Positions 38,410 through 51,619 of a stretch of 64,000 nt of DNA are shown here, one piece after another. The notes under the pieces were generated by a model that was not told the DNA's origin, ran no database searches, and saw only the letters and a program-made list of their open reading frames with translations. The translations under genes and the position numbers were made by a program. The stretch's first letter is position 1; each line of letters opens with the position of its first letter. This DNA is from Octopus vulgaris (Eukaryota): the NCBI GenBank assembly GCA_951406725.2, contig OX597825.1, positions 71,114,001 through 71,178,000 on the forward strand, written 5' to 3'.

Positions 38410-40430
38410 TGTCTAGTCAACCATTCTACCATTCTGTAGCTCTATCAAGTGTACCATTCTACCGCTCTATTTAGTGTACCATTCTCAGTGCTATACTGTT
38501 TGTTATAGCTGTTCAAATTATTACTGAAGAATTTAAAACTAGCTGCGTATGGGAGTTCCTGTATACCTAATTCTTATAGCTGAATCTCTTGAAGAATAGG
38601 AGAAGAAATTCCAGATGTGGAATCAAAACCTGGAATCAACAGGTCTTAATGTAAACCTAACAAAGCCAAATGCTTCACTTGCAAAACAGTCTACAGGAGG
38701 ACTTTACTGCCCTTTGGGATGTGGTTATTCATGATCTGCAGTAAAGGAGGAGGTATATAATCTATATGGTGTACCTAATATGAGGTATAGTGTGGGTACA
38801 ATCAGGCTGACATAGAAGTAAGACTTTGTATGTAACAGACACACTGAAACATGCATACATAAAATTATGTATGCATGCATGTATGTACATGTGCGTGTAT
38901 ATATATATATATTTTTTTTTTCTATTTTTCTTCGCCCTTTTCAAGCCTAACCAGGCTCATGGGCCTGGTTTCTCGGTTTCTATGGTGTATGTGTTCCCCC
39001 CAGCTGGACAGGACGCCAGTCCATCACAGCATTACTCAAGAAACTGGAAGAGAGAGAGTGAGAGAAAGTTGTGGCGAAAGAGTACAACAGGGGTCCCCAC
39101 CACCCCCTGCCGGAGCCTCGTGAAACTTTTAGGTGTTTTCGCACAATAAACACACACAACGCCCAGTCTGGGAATTGAAACCACGATCCACCGACTGCGA
39201 GTTTGCTGCCCTAACCGCTGAGCCATTGTGCCTCCACTGCCGTTCTCAAAGATAGCGTTTGTAATATTTTATCTCCTTTGGCTTAACAGCCCTTCTTGTC
39301 TGTGTTACTGTTATTCTCCTTGTCCTGTCTTTTACTGTTTATATTTTGTACTGTCATTACTGTCCTGCTTTTGTTACCATTTTTACCCCTCAGCAAAAAA
39401 ATCTCAAATTTTATTTAATTTGCTTTTCGCCGGAAGGAATGTTTCAGCCGAGGTCGCGTCGTGCCTTCACCTTCGAAACGCAGAGTAGATGAAACCATGG
39501 CGACTGAAGAAGGGGAATTTTCCTTGTGTTATTTGTCCTGTACTCTATTTTTTCGTTGTTTAAGAAAAATGTCCAGTTCCTTGGTTTTGTGTTTATGTTT
39601 TCATTTCTCATTGTGTTCGACGTTTTTTTTTTTTTGGTGTCCTGTACCCATATATGCATGTATATATACATGTAGATGTAGGTACGTACATATATGTATG
39701 TATATATGCATATGTTTTATTTATTAATTTGTTATATATACGATGATGATGATGATGATGATGATGATTGTTTATTTTCGTAAACTTCCCCGTTATATAT
39801 ATACATATATACACACACCCAAATACATGCACACACACACACATACACACACACACACACACACATATATAAATCCCCGAAAAATGGAGAACAAACACAA
39901 GGAAAAGACAACAATGCGAAGACGTGGTACATGAAATTAGCAGACGTTCAAGGAAGGAAAGAAAGGTGGTTTTATGTTTCGAGCAAAGCTCTGCGTCAGG
40001 AACAGGAGATGGAAGAAAACAAATTGCCAGCGATTCACATATAGATACATTTTATGTATATAGGTAGGTAAGTAGGTTGTTAGGTAAAACTGTTTTCTAC
40101 ATATTCAAAAGTACTCCGTACATAAAAAACAAACAAAAACAAAGCAAAAGCAAATTTTAGTAGCAATATTATTTGAAGCAAAATACTACCAGTATGGAGT
40201 ACACCAATATAACATGTTTATGCTTTGCTTGTATGAATAAAAAACAATTTACATACCAGAATTACAGATCAAAGAAAGGTCGATTCATTTATAATAGGTT
40301 AATATCATACAAAATTTTATTTGACTAGCATTGATGGTTTTCCACATAAACAAGATTAATCTTGTTATTGAATTCTCATATATATTTCAATAAAATATTA
40401 AACACACAAACACATACACACATACATACA

Positions 40431-40461
<31 letters not shown>

Positions 40462-40544
40462 TCATATACTATTTATCTAAATAATTTTTAGTCTTAATTG
40501 AACAATTTTTTTCAACACACACACACACACCCTACACACATTCA

Positions 40545-40588
<44 letters not shown>

Positions 40589-40739
40589 TATGTATGTATA
40601 CATTTATATATATATAAATATATATGTGTATATATATATGTGTGTGTATATATATATATGTGTGTGTATGTAGAGAGAGAGAGAGAGAGAGAGATGTTTG
40701 TTAGAATAAAGGGGGGAAATAGAACAAAGGGAAAAATGA

Positions 40740-40782
<43 letters not shown>

Positions 40783-41074
40783 TATATACTTTTTATATTC
40801 TATAATTGGTGGAAAATTACAAATATGAATCATGGGCCAAGAGTTTCATGCATGGAACTTATGAAACTAACTTAAAATCTTAGCATTTGTTTCTTATATA
40901 GTGTAAATTATAATTCTTTTTCGGGATTATTCAATAAAAAATTAATATTGGAGAGCCATGTGAAAACTGCAAATTTCAAGTAATCTGCCAATTAAGCTGA
41001 GTGTAGGCTTGAGAGAAAATGTGCAATGCGGACCAAAAAGGAAAACAAAGGCACATACATACATACATACATAT

Positions 41075-41122
<48 letters not shown>

Positions 41123-41349
41123 CATCATCATTTAGTGTCCGTTTTCCATGCTAGCATGGGTTATATATATATGAGCGTGATCATTGCCAGAGCAGCCAAC
41201 TGGCTTCCGTACCCGTGGCACGTACAAGGGCACCATTCGAGTGTGATCGTTACCAACGTCGCTTCACTGGCACCTGTGCCGGTGGCATGTGTAAAAAGAT
41301 TCGAGCAAGTGGCACATAAAAAGCACCCACTACACTCTCAGAGTGGTTG

Positions 41350-41740
41350 GCGTGCTGGTGCATTGTCCTGCAAAAACAGGTTTCCACACCGTTTTCACTT
41401 CAAAGCTACATGCAGTTCATCCAACAAAGACACATAGCATTTTGTGTTGATGGTATGACCTTTCAGCTAGTATTTTGCAAGGAGTACACTGTCCTTGTCC
41501 CAGAATACTGAAGCCAAAATCTCTCCAACTGACTTCTGGGTCTGAAACTTTGTGGGATGCAGTGAAGTACTGTGACACAACTCCATTGATTGCTGCTTGT
41601 TCTGGGGATCATAATGATGAAGCCACGTTTCATCCATAGTGACTAAACGAGCCACATAATCAACCTCTCCCACTGCAAACCAGTCCAAAATCTCCTTTGA
41701 TATTGTCACTCTGATGCACTTCTGATTTGCATTCAGACAT
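41350..41740 (-). pseudogene. Mariner transposase internal fragment
   Basis: LVTMDETWLHHYDPQNKQQSME..ILASVFWDKD..GHTIN..FLQDNAPA. Confidence 0.9.
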
Positions 41741-41904
41741 TATATAAATGCGTCGTATAAATAAAAAAACTCCTTTACAAAAATTCCAATATTTACGTCA
41801 ACACATATTTTTTTCAGTGACATCTAGAAAAATCTATTTGAAATTTAAACTTGTCTGGGGAAATTAAGGTTACTGCAGGGTCAAAATTGTACACCTACAA
41901 TATT

Positions 41905-42302
41905 CTTTTCTACTCTAGGCACAAGGCCCAAAAGTTTTGGGGTGGGGGCCAGTCAATTAGATTAACTCCAGTACATAGCTGGTACTTAATTTATTGACCC
42001 TGAAAGGATGTAAGGAAAAGTTGACCTTGGCAGAATTCGAACTCAGAACGTAAAGACAGATGAAATACCTACTTCTTTATTATCCACAAGCGGCTAAACA
42101 CAGAGAGGACAAACAAGGACAGACAAATGGATTAAGTTGATTATATCGACCCCAGTGTATGACTGGTACTTAATTTATCGACCCCGAAAGGATGAAAGGC
42201 AAACTCGAGACCGGCGGAATTTGAACTCAGAACGCAGTGGCGGACGAAATACCACATAGCATTTCGCCCAGCATGCTAGCCGTTCTGCCAGCTCGCAGCC
42301 TT
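41905..42302 (-). mobile_element. SINE family B, dimer-like
   Basis: Flanked by a CTACAATATT direct repeat. Confidence 0.8.
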
Positions 42303-42811
42303 AGGTATATCTACAATATTGCCACACCTTAAAATACACATTTAGAAAACTGAGATTTTTTGACAAAGATCTAGGCCCTGTTTCTCCTCTAGCCACAAAA
42401 AATGGGTTGATTATGTGTGTAAGCAGTGTTTTCCTATCTAATTGAATTTTTGTATCACCTGACCAGTGTTAGCTGATGGAAATATTGTGTTTTCAGTGTC
42501 ACCTGATCAATGTTAGTGTCACCCAATCAAAGTTATTCAGGTCATAGGTCATAAAATGACATATATTATACATATACACCCATTCATTCATGTATCTTTT
42601 ATTTGTTTTAGCCATTGGACTATGGCCACTCTGGAGCACCACCTTAAAGAATTTTAGTCAAACAAATCAACCCTGTACTTATTTTTTAAAGCCTGGTGCT
42701 TATTCTATTGGTCTCTTTTACTGAATTGCTAAGTTACAGGGATGTAAACACACTGACACCGGTTGTCAAGTGGTGATAGGGGGACAAACACGGACACAAA
42801 GACACATACAC

Positions 42812-42860
<49 letters not shown>

Positions 42861-42861
<1 letters not shown>

Positions 42862-43210
42862 GAGGAAAACGCCTCCCCCATCCAATGGACGGTGCTGAGT
42901 TGTCAAACATTTAACTTTTTTGTCTCTTAAATATTCTGCATTTTGTGGCATTATTTCAAGCTAGCCGGCATTTTTTGCGCAAACTGCACGTGCATTTTTC
43001 TCACGTACGCGTAGTATCGATTGCAACAGCTGATGTACTTGTGTGTATAAATGCATGTTCCCATGGCTTTATCGATCTCATTCTCACCTGGAATTGATTT
43101 TCGTAATTTTTTCAAGACTTATACGTGCCCTGATGCAATCGGATGGAGGATGCCTGAGATCCTGGAAAACACACACACAGACAGACAGAACGGATCTTAT
43201 ATAATATATA
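42861..43210 (-). mobile_element. Non-autonomous Helitron-like element nested in a SINE (TA)n tract
   Basis: Minus strand: TATATAAGATCC..(CTGT)n start; subterminal hairpin CCGTCCA-T-TGGATGG; CTCG|T end; splits family A SINE 42595-43333. Confidence 0.65.
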
Positions 43211-43630
43211 TATATATATATATATATGAAAATACAGCATCTGCCAAATCTACTTATGAGGTGTTAATCAGCCTGAGGTTATAGCAGAAGACACTTGCCC
43301 AAGGTGCCATGCAGTGGGACTGAACCCGGAACCTCTGAAAGAAAATGCGATACATTATTGCATCAGACATCATATGGAGGATACTAGAAAAAGGCAAACC
43401 TTAACTTAAGAGTGGTAGAATACAATGATGTTATATTACATACCCTGGCACATGTACCATTACAAGCATTGCTATTAGAATGTAAAGAACTCGGAGAGGT
43501 ACTTCTGCAAGACACATTCCAATACTCTAATAATCCTGCTGACACTGGACTAGTTTCAGTGGGATTTGAACTTTGAGTGCTAAGAATCAGAAGAAATACT
43601 GCTTGGCAAAGTATTTGGCTAGTAACTCTT

Positions 43631-43669
<39 letters not shown>

Positions 43670-43803
43670 AACGGTAAATTTAATTAATAATTAATAATTT
43701 TACAAAGTAATTCGGTATGTTAAAAGAATCATTATCGGTAATCTTATACAAAAATTCTATAATTATGAGTATAATTATAATTAGGGTTCTATAATTATGC
43801 ATA

Positions 43804-43865
<62 letters not shown>

Positions 43866-44131
43866 GTTAGAGATAAAACCACTATTAGGCAAATCAAACA
43901 GTGAAAAACATAAACCAATACATAGAAATAAAATAATTAATATAATATACAAAATATATAAGAAATATAAAATTTAAAATTTAAATTATTCAAATTTAAA
44001 GTTAAAATTTAAAAAATTATTTAAATTATTAATTAATACTTATAAATTTTTATATATATATATATTTTATTATTTTTATTTTTATCTCTATATATATATG
44101 AATGAGTAACAAAGATGTACAGGTGTCAATT

Positions 44132-44215
44132 CCTTATGGCTGTTTTGAGCAGTTCCTTTATTTCATTAATGAAAACATTACATCAATTTGAAAAAAAAAC
44201 TGTTCTTGTCAGATG
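44132..44215 (-). ncRNA. CpG-decayed hammerhead with long stem II
   Basis: CUGACAA-GAACAGUU..(~43 nt)..AACUGCUC-AAAA-CAGCCA-UA-AGG; the deviations in both core boxes and stem III are CG>CA; stem I is poor. Confidence 0.35.
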
Positions 44216-44625
44216 ACTGCATAGACTTCAAACATAAGGATATAACCATTTTTTAAACGTATTTACATCAATAATGGAACTCAAAATATTTACATTGTTT
44301 ATTTTATCATATCTGTGGCAGAATCTCATTTACTCATTTATATTCAGTTCACCTAACTCGGAATCTGCACTTCGGAAATACTAAAGAATGTACTTTTATA
44401 AAAAGTACATGTCTGAATTAGCAAGAGAAGATATCTTTACTTAGCTGGGTTGTGTTGTCTGCACACACAGCAGGAATATCGCTTATAGACACCCCTGCAC
44501 AGCGTTTTGATATTTAATATTCAATTGATATTGTTTGGGTGCGTGGATTATACCGACCTAGCAAGGTGCCTCAATTTAAGCACCTAATTCAACTGACTCT
44601 TGATCCTATATATACACACACACAC

Positions 44626-44658
<33 letters not shown>

Positions 44659-44837
44659 CCGGAGTAAACACATAAATGTGAAACAAGGTGGAAAAAAGAG
44701 TACTCAGATACCAGTGGTAGAGTAATATGCTTTATTTAAAGCAGCAGAAAATTCAACAAAATCTGTTACTCTGAGTTTCTCGTTGCCGAGTTTCTATATA
44801 TATATACATAACTATCTATCTGAGTTTCTAGCAAAAA

Positions 44838-44875
44838 CTGTCTGATGAACGGCAACAAGAAACTCAGAGTAACAG
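44838..44875 (+). ncRNA. Minimal type I hammerhead ribozyme motif
   Basis: CUGU-CUGAUGA-ACGGCAACAA-GAAA-CUCAGAG-UA-ACAG; stem II largely disrupted; same family as 542-579. Confidence 0.55.
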
Positions 44876-44907
44876 ATTTTGTTGAATTTTCTGCTGCTTT
44901 AAATAAA

Positions 44908-44944
<37 letters not shown>

Positions 44945-45193
44945 TAGATAGATCGATTGATAGACAGGTAGAAATATGACCAGCAAGGCTCGTAGAATCA
45001 CAAAGGTGCATATGGTGTTGATTTTCTTAATGTTGTAGTTCATGTATTTAACTGATGAAAACCGTTTTTCTCTAATGATATAATGTCACCATTAATCAGT
45101 TAAAAATTCGTTGGACACATTATCTATCTATCTATCTATCCATCCCTCCCTCCCTCCCTCCATAAACCTATCTCTTTCTCTGTCTGTCTGTCA

Positions 45194-45228
<35 letters not shown>

Positions 45229-45230
45229 AG

Positions 45231-45636
45231 AAGTGGTTGTGTGGTAAGCAGGTTGCTTACGAACCACATGGTTCCGGGTTCAGTCCCACTGCGTGGCATC
45301 TTGGGCAAGTGTCTTCTACTATAGCCTTGGACCGACCAAAGCCTTGTGAGTGGATTTGGTAGATGGAAACTGAAGGAAGCCTGTCGTATATATATGTATA
45401 TATATATATGTGAGTGTGTGTGTATGTTTGTGTATCTGTGTTTGTCCCCCCAATATCGCTTGACAATTGATGCTGGTGTGTTTACATCCCTGTAACTTAA
45501 TGGTTCGGCAAAAGAAACCAATAAAATAAGTACTAGGCTTACAAAGAATAATTCTTGGGGTCGATTTGCTTGACTAAAGGTGGTGATCCAGCATGGCCAC
45601 AGTCAAATGACTGAAACAAGTAAAAGAGTAAAAGAA
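45231..45636 (+). mobile_element. SINE family A
   Basis: Homologue. Confidence 0.88.
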
Positions 45637-46289
45637 TATATATCAGCTTCCCGTTTTGTTACATATATATATATATAACAAAACAGGAATCTACAAAATT
45701 TTTTTGGTATTATTTATTCACCATTACACATGTTTCATTTGATAATAGAAATTTCAAAGTCCTATTTAGCTCTCAGTAGGCTTCCAATTAACGGCTGACC
45801 ACAATGATCAGTATCCAATGTATGTGACTTCATTTAGTTGTTAATCACTCTGAGAATTCTTCTGATGGGTAATTCCGCGTTCACTTCACTGGACAGTAAA
45901 AGTTGTTGTTGCTGCAGTGGAAATACATGTTGGTCATTATAAAATATTGTATATAACTATAAAATAAATTTTTGTGGATGTACAAGTCTCCATACTGTTT
46001 ATCAATAATATTAATACGCCAACTTTTTGTTTTTGCACGTACATGTTGTGTGTGTCACACTTCTTTGAAGTGGCAAGGCATTCTTACATTATTCATCTAT
46101 TTAATTAATAGTATAGAAGCATGATTCCTTGATATTATATACACAGTGTTTAAATTTTTAACTAAAACTATCTAAATTCAATAAAAATATATTTAACTTT
46201 AAGAATTATTCTTTATGTATAATTGTATTATTCACACAATTTCTAATTTAATTATATTCATTTCAATTTATTTAGGTTTATTAAATGTA

Positions 46290-47200
46290 TATTTAATCCT
46301 CTACACACAACAAAAACTTCTTTCCCTCTTGTTGTTTATTCATTTATGTTTTTATATATAAGAATTTGATAAATTTCCTCTGCGCAGAATTTACATCTTT
46401 TGTTCCCAATGCTATAAGATTTTGCTTGGCTAATTATTTCCCACCTAAGTGTATATTCCCTATTTGTATCCTTAATCATTCAAATTAGTTTACTAAGACT
46501 AGTGCTTGCTTGTTTTCTCCTATCCCTAAAGGTGTTTTCATGGTTTGCTATCCTGCTTTTTTATATAGTTTACTGTTGAACCTATATAGAAATAATCTTG
46601 TCCCTCAAATTCATAATGCAATTTAACTGTATAAATATGGATTTAAATAATAAACTAGAATGCATGTAAGCAACATGAATTGACTATTATAATAAATATA
46701 TTGATTTTTCTGTGTATGCATTCTCCAATTTCTTTGTATCATTAAAATTTTTCTCCTACATTGAAAAAATGGAAATATCTACAGTGACAACTGGAAATTA
46801 AAAAATGTCAGGTACTAATACCAAAGAAGAACCAATTAATTTCCAGTATCATTAATTGATACAGAGCTAAACCAGTGTATGCTTGGATAAACATCTTCAG
46901 GAGTGGAGTAGTACACAGACAGTCTGACATGCTCAACGTATCACTCTTATTGAAAAAAGATAATAGTAATAGAAAATTGTGGTGATGCTTCATTCTTTAA
47001 CCAGACAAGCATACAACAACATGACAGCCAAAACTCAGGATCTCCAGTGAGACACAAACCTTTATGTACAGATGTACCTGATGAGAACCAGACTGCAAAA
47101 TCGATGCAACACATGTTGAAAGGAGTCTCACCCATAAGGGGCAGTAGTGGGATGGGTCAAAATAAAGATTAATACCAAATCCATTTTTACGTTACCAAAG
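46290..47200 (-). pseudogene. Penelope-like retroelement relic (GIY-YIG endonuclease, possible linker)
   Basis: 46300-46640: IYTVKL..YFYIGST..RIANHENTF..STSLSKLI*MIK..LRWEIISQAKSY..RCKFCAEEIYQIL..VVCRG; upstream KWIWY and FFNK segments give weaker support. Confidence 0.75.
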
Positions 47201-47379
47201 AAATTATCATTATTATCTCAACTAACACTGTGGAATTCCTGAAGTAGATCCAATGGAAATATTCCCCGCCTGCGGATGACATCAGGTAGCCCAAACTGTG
47301 TAAGTTCTCTACTCCACATTTCAACACATTAATTGACATATACTCATTAGTCCAAAAGTATGAAATATATCTATATCTA

Positions 47380-47441
<62 letters not shown>

Positions 47442-48029
47442 ATCCAAACATGAAAACACAAAGAGAAAATACAACAACGCGAGGACGTGGAACAAATATA
47501 GTATTATTGGATGCTCAGGAAGGAAGGGAAGAAGGAGGGTTTAATGTTTCGAGTGGAGCTCTTTGTCAGAAACATAGGAAAAGGAAAGATCCAGAGAAGG
47601 GAAGACGGAGGAAAAATAATCGCCAATGGTACACACGCGGTCGCATTTTATATATATATATATTTAGATAGACAGATAGATAGTTATGTATATACACCTA
47701 CACACACTTGCCATCATGGAAAAACAACATAAAATGATGATGATGATGGTGGTGGTGGTGGTGGTGATGATGATTGTATGCAATACTTGAAAGTTCCCTT
47801 ACATTGCTTTCTGGGTGCTCTGGCATTGAGAATAATCAACTGAAACACTGTAGCATTTGCTTAAGGATTATTACTACTTTTACTGGGTCCTCATCAACCC
47901 ATTTTTTTCCTTTTTTTTCTTCTTTATCTCTTTTTCTATCTTTCTGAAAATATGAGAAAGAAAACTTAGAATACACAGAGCTGAAAGAGATACCTGTAAC
48001 ACTCTAAGTTTCAACCAATGCACTATGCT

Positions 48030-48537
48030 GTCATCATCATCCCTCCTTTTAAATCTGGGTTTTGTCCCTGTTAATGGGGGTGGCTGGATCTACCTCTGTG
48101 CCATAGCAATCGCCCTCACACCATCTCACCCGGTTTTGGGCGTCCTCCCTTCTCAAGCCAACCCTCCTAATCTCCTCCTCCACATTTTCCTTGGTCTACC
48201 TCATTTTTGCTGTCCATTTAGCTCAAACTCTAGAATCCTCTTCAGAACTTGTTCCTCATCCCTCCTCAGCACATGCCCATACCACTGCACTCCATTTGCC
48301 CTTGCCAGCCGTTCCACTGATTCCTCCAGCCCCAGCATTTCCATCAAGTCCTCAGTCCTCCTCTTATCAAACAGCTTCACGCCACACATTTCTCTCACCA
48401 TTGCTCTCTCAGTCCTTCTCAAAATTACCATCTCTCTCCTCAAATACCATGTCTCATTCCCATACAGCATTGCAGTTCTCACACAACTCCTATAGACCTT
48501 CCCTTTCATCTTCAATGAGAACCTTTTCCCATATAAC
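48030..48537 (-). pseudogene. RTE-clade LINE 3' fragment
   Basis: KGKVYRSCVRTAMLYGNETW..ERAMVREMCGVKL..WYGHVLRRD..*GRPRKMW; short GAT tail. Confidence 0.92.
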
Positions 48538-48543
48538 AACACA

Positions 48544-48942
48544 CTTTACTCTTTTATTTGTTTCAGTCATTTGACTGTGGCCATGCTGGAGCACTGCCTT
48601 TAGTCGAGCAAATCGACCCCAGGACTTATTCTTTGTAAGCCTAGTACTTATTCTATCGATCTCTTTTGCCGAACTGCTAAGTTACAGGGACGTAAACACA
48701 CCAGCTTCGGTTGTCAAGCGATGTTGGGGGGACAAACACAGACACACAAACATATACACACACACATACATATATATATACGACGAGCTTCTTTCAGTTT
48801 CTGTCTACCAACTCCACTCACAAGGCTTTGATCGGCCCAAGGCTATAGTAGAAGACACTTGCCCAAGATGCCACGCAGTGGGACTGAACCTGGAACCATG
48901 TGGTTCATAAGCAAGCTACTTACTACACAGCCACTCCTATGC
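48544..48942 (-). mobile_element. SINE family A
   Basis: Homologue; an older + copy lies at 49147-49503. Confidence 0.88.
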
Positions 48943-50906
48943 CTCCACATTCCTTGAACTTCACCCAGCCAAGTCTTGCTTTTGCTGTCACAGCTACTTC
49001 ACATCCAGAAAAAAGAGCAAAGTTGACCTGGACAGGGTTTGAACTCACAATGCAGAGAACTGGAACAAACATTGCTAGGCATTCTGTCCAATGTTTTTAA
49101 CACTAGTTATTTGAAGAGTCACATGTGACAAAATTTTGCATACTAAAGTGGCTATGTGATAAGAAGGTTGCTATCCAACCACGTGGTTCTGGGTTAAGTG
49201 TCTTGAACTATAGCCCTGGGCTGACCAAAGCCTTGTGAGTGGACTTGGTAGATGGAAACTGAAATAAGCCTGCTGTGTATGTGTCTACCTTTGTAACTGT
49301 GTTTGTCTCCCATCACCGTTTGACAACCGATGTTGGTGTATCTACATGCCTTGAAACTTGCAGTTCAGCAAAAGAAACCGATGGAATTAGTACCAGGCTT
49401 TAAAAAAAAAAGTACTACGGTTGATTCGTTCGCCTAAAATTCTTCAAAGCAGTGCTCCATCATGGCCGTAGTCTAATGACTGAAACAAGCAAAAGATAAA
49501 AGTTAAAGGTTATCAAAATAATTTCTCCATGTTAAAAATAACAAGCAGTCAATTTTTTTTTTCATTTGGTATTGTAATGCGGTTATGATGTTTGCTTCAC
49601 AATCTTGTGTGTCTAGGATCGATCCCAATGGCATCTTAGGTGAACTTTTTTTTTCCTTTCAGTTTTAACCAATAATGACCACGGCTTGCTTTTATCTAAT
49701 TGGTCATAATACTATTTACCGAATTGATCAATACCATATGAATGATATTTGGTAGACAGAAGCTCTGCAGAAGTGCATCACGTGTGTGTGTGTGTTATAT
49801 AGTATATGTGTGAGTTATACTGTGTTAATGTTTACACTGGTGTTAAAAGCCAGTATTTCTAGTAATTCCTTAATATCTCGTAACTTTACGGTCCAACAAA
49901 TGGTAATCGATAAATAAGTACTGAGCTTAATATGATTAGACGAAACTCTTAAAAGCAATGTCCAGCAAGTATGGCCACGGACAGTCTTGAGACATAAACC
50001 AGAAAATAGCGTGACGGAAGATTAGGCAGATTTTTGATACCGAAGAGGTATAACCAGGCTGCTATTTTGTTTAGCACCAGGTCAGATTTGATCTAACAGA
50101 TCTGTCCTCAAAGACGATTCATCCATGACTTTCTGTCTGATTATTTTGACATTTTTTCTTCGAACAGTAGTGTGATGTGAGGGAAATTTGAGTACTACTT
50201 CTAGTTAAGTCGAACGACTAGCTAGAAATAGTATTCAAATTGGTTGTTGTTTAGTTTCAGTTCAGTCCTGGTTGAGCAGACTTATCATCAAAGTCGTCGT
50301 TTAAACAATGATCATGTCTCCCTTTTCCGTAAAATAAGGACTAAATTGTCCAATGTGTCCATCTTGCGTCGTATAATAAATCTTGAAGGTCTCTTGTTAA
50401 AAAATTACACAAGAAAATCTCACAAAAACTGAAAATATACTGACTTTTAATTATTTTGAATCCTAAGCTGTAGTTGTTTGTGTCTTAAATCCTGTACTAA
50501 TTCATCATCTTTTAAGATAGAAATGTGATTTTAGGAAGACTTGACTGTTATTTCTAGTTGCTCGAACGGCCGTATAGAAGCTCCCTTATCAACTGCTATT
50601 AAGTAGTAACAGGTGCTATCAGTGCAAACACACAACAAAAACTGTATTATGTTTATTATCGGGTAATAACGATAATGATAGTAGTAACGATAACGATGAA
50701 AATATGTAAACATATTTTACAACTATTGTAAATGCCGGTAGCTTGGGTGCAGTTACGAAAAAAAAAAAATGCCAAAACAAAATCCGAAATTCTAAAACTG
50801 GTGTCGACGAGTGTAAACCATTTGTTGTCATTCACCAACTTTTACTGCTTCAAGCCTTTGGTGCTGCTACTACACAGAAATTCTAGTTAAATATATATTG
50901 ATGGTC

Positions 50907-50972
<66 letters not shown>

Positions 50973-51080
50973 CAAACTCCGGTCCAAAACAGGAAGGACT
51001 ACAGATAAATGATAAACTACATTCACCAAATTTACAAACAAGTGACTACTAATATCAGTTAGACTGAGTTGTTTTCTGCT

Positions 51081-51619
51081 TTATGGCATGTTTTACAGAC
51101 ATAAAACGACACACTTGAGAATTTTTGTAGACATTCGGATGGGATTCCACATGCATGGAATAAATATTACTTTAGGAGCCGGCGATGACAAAGACTAATT
51201 AAGCGTGCTTAATTACTGTTATAATGGGGCTAATGCAGTGCATTTTCCGAAGTGAGGTGCGAGTCTGCATTAGCCCCGTTATAATATACTTTATAAACAA
51301 TAAAATACCATACTTTAGAATACTTGCAGATATTCTAGGATTCTACACGTGTAGTGTAAATAATACTTTAGGAGCTGATGACAGAACCGGTGATAGCTAA
51401 AACTAATTAAACGTGCTTTCCTATACCATGCTTGGCCTAAACAGCCAAATCGGGCACCGGCACCCTTGGAACCTACCAAGAGAAAGAAGCTCAATCACTC
51501 GTTACAGATTAACTCCTCGGATACGGGTTAATACCGACCACGATTGTTTTATGGTATAGTTTATAAAGAATAAAATACCATAATTTGGAATGTTTGTAGA
51601 CATTTAAGGATTCTATGTG
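51081..51619. repeat. Three diverged direct repeats separated by two unrelated structured spacers
   Basis: R1 51081-51210, R2 51279-51418, partial R3 51549-51619. Confidence 0.8.

Noticed and set aside
39465-39520. Permuted hammerhead (CUUC-GAAA..GUA..CUGAAGA-AGGGG)
   Set aside because: Stem I does not pair next to the core and stem III is weak
46953-47172. ~72-codon stop-free + strand frame
   Set aside because: No homology recognised; lies antisense to a probable Penelope relic
51081-51619. CRISPR array
   Set aside because: Eukaryotic context, repeats too long and diverged, no cas genes; kept only as a structural finding
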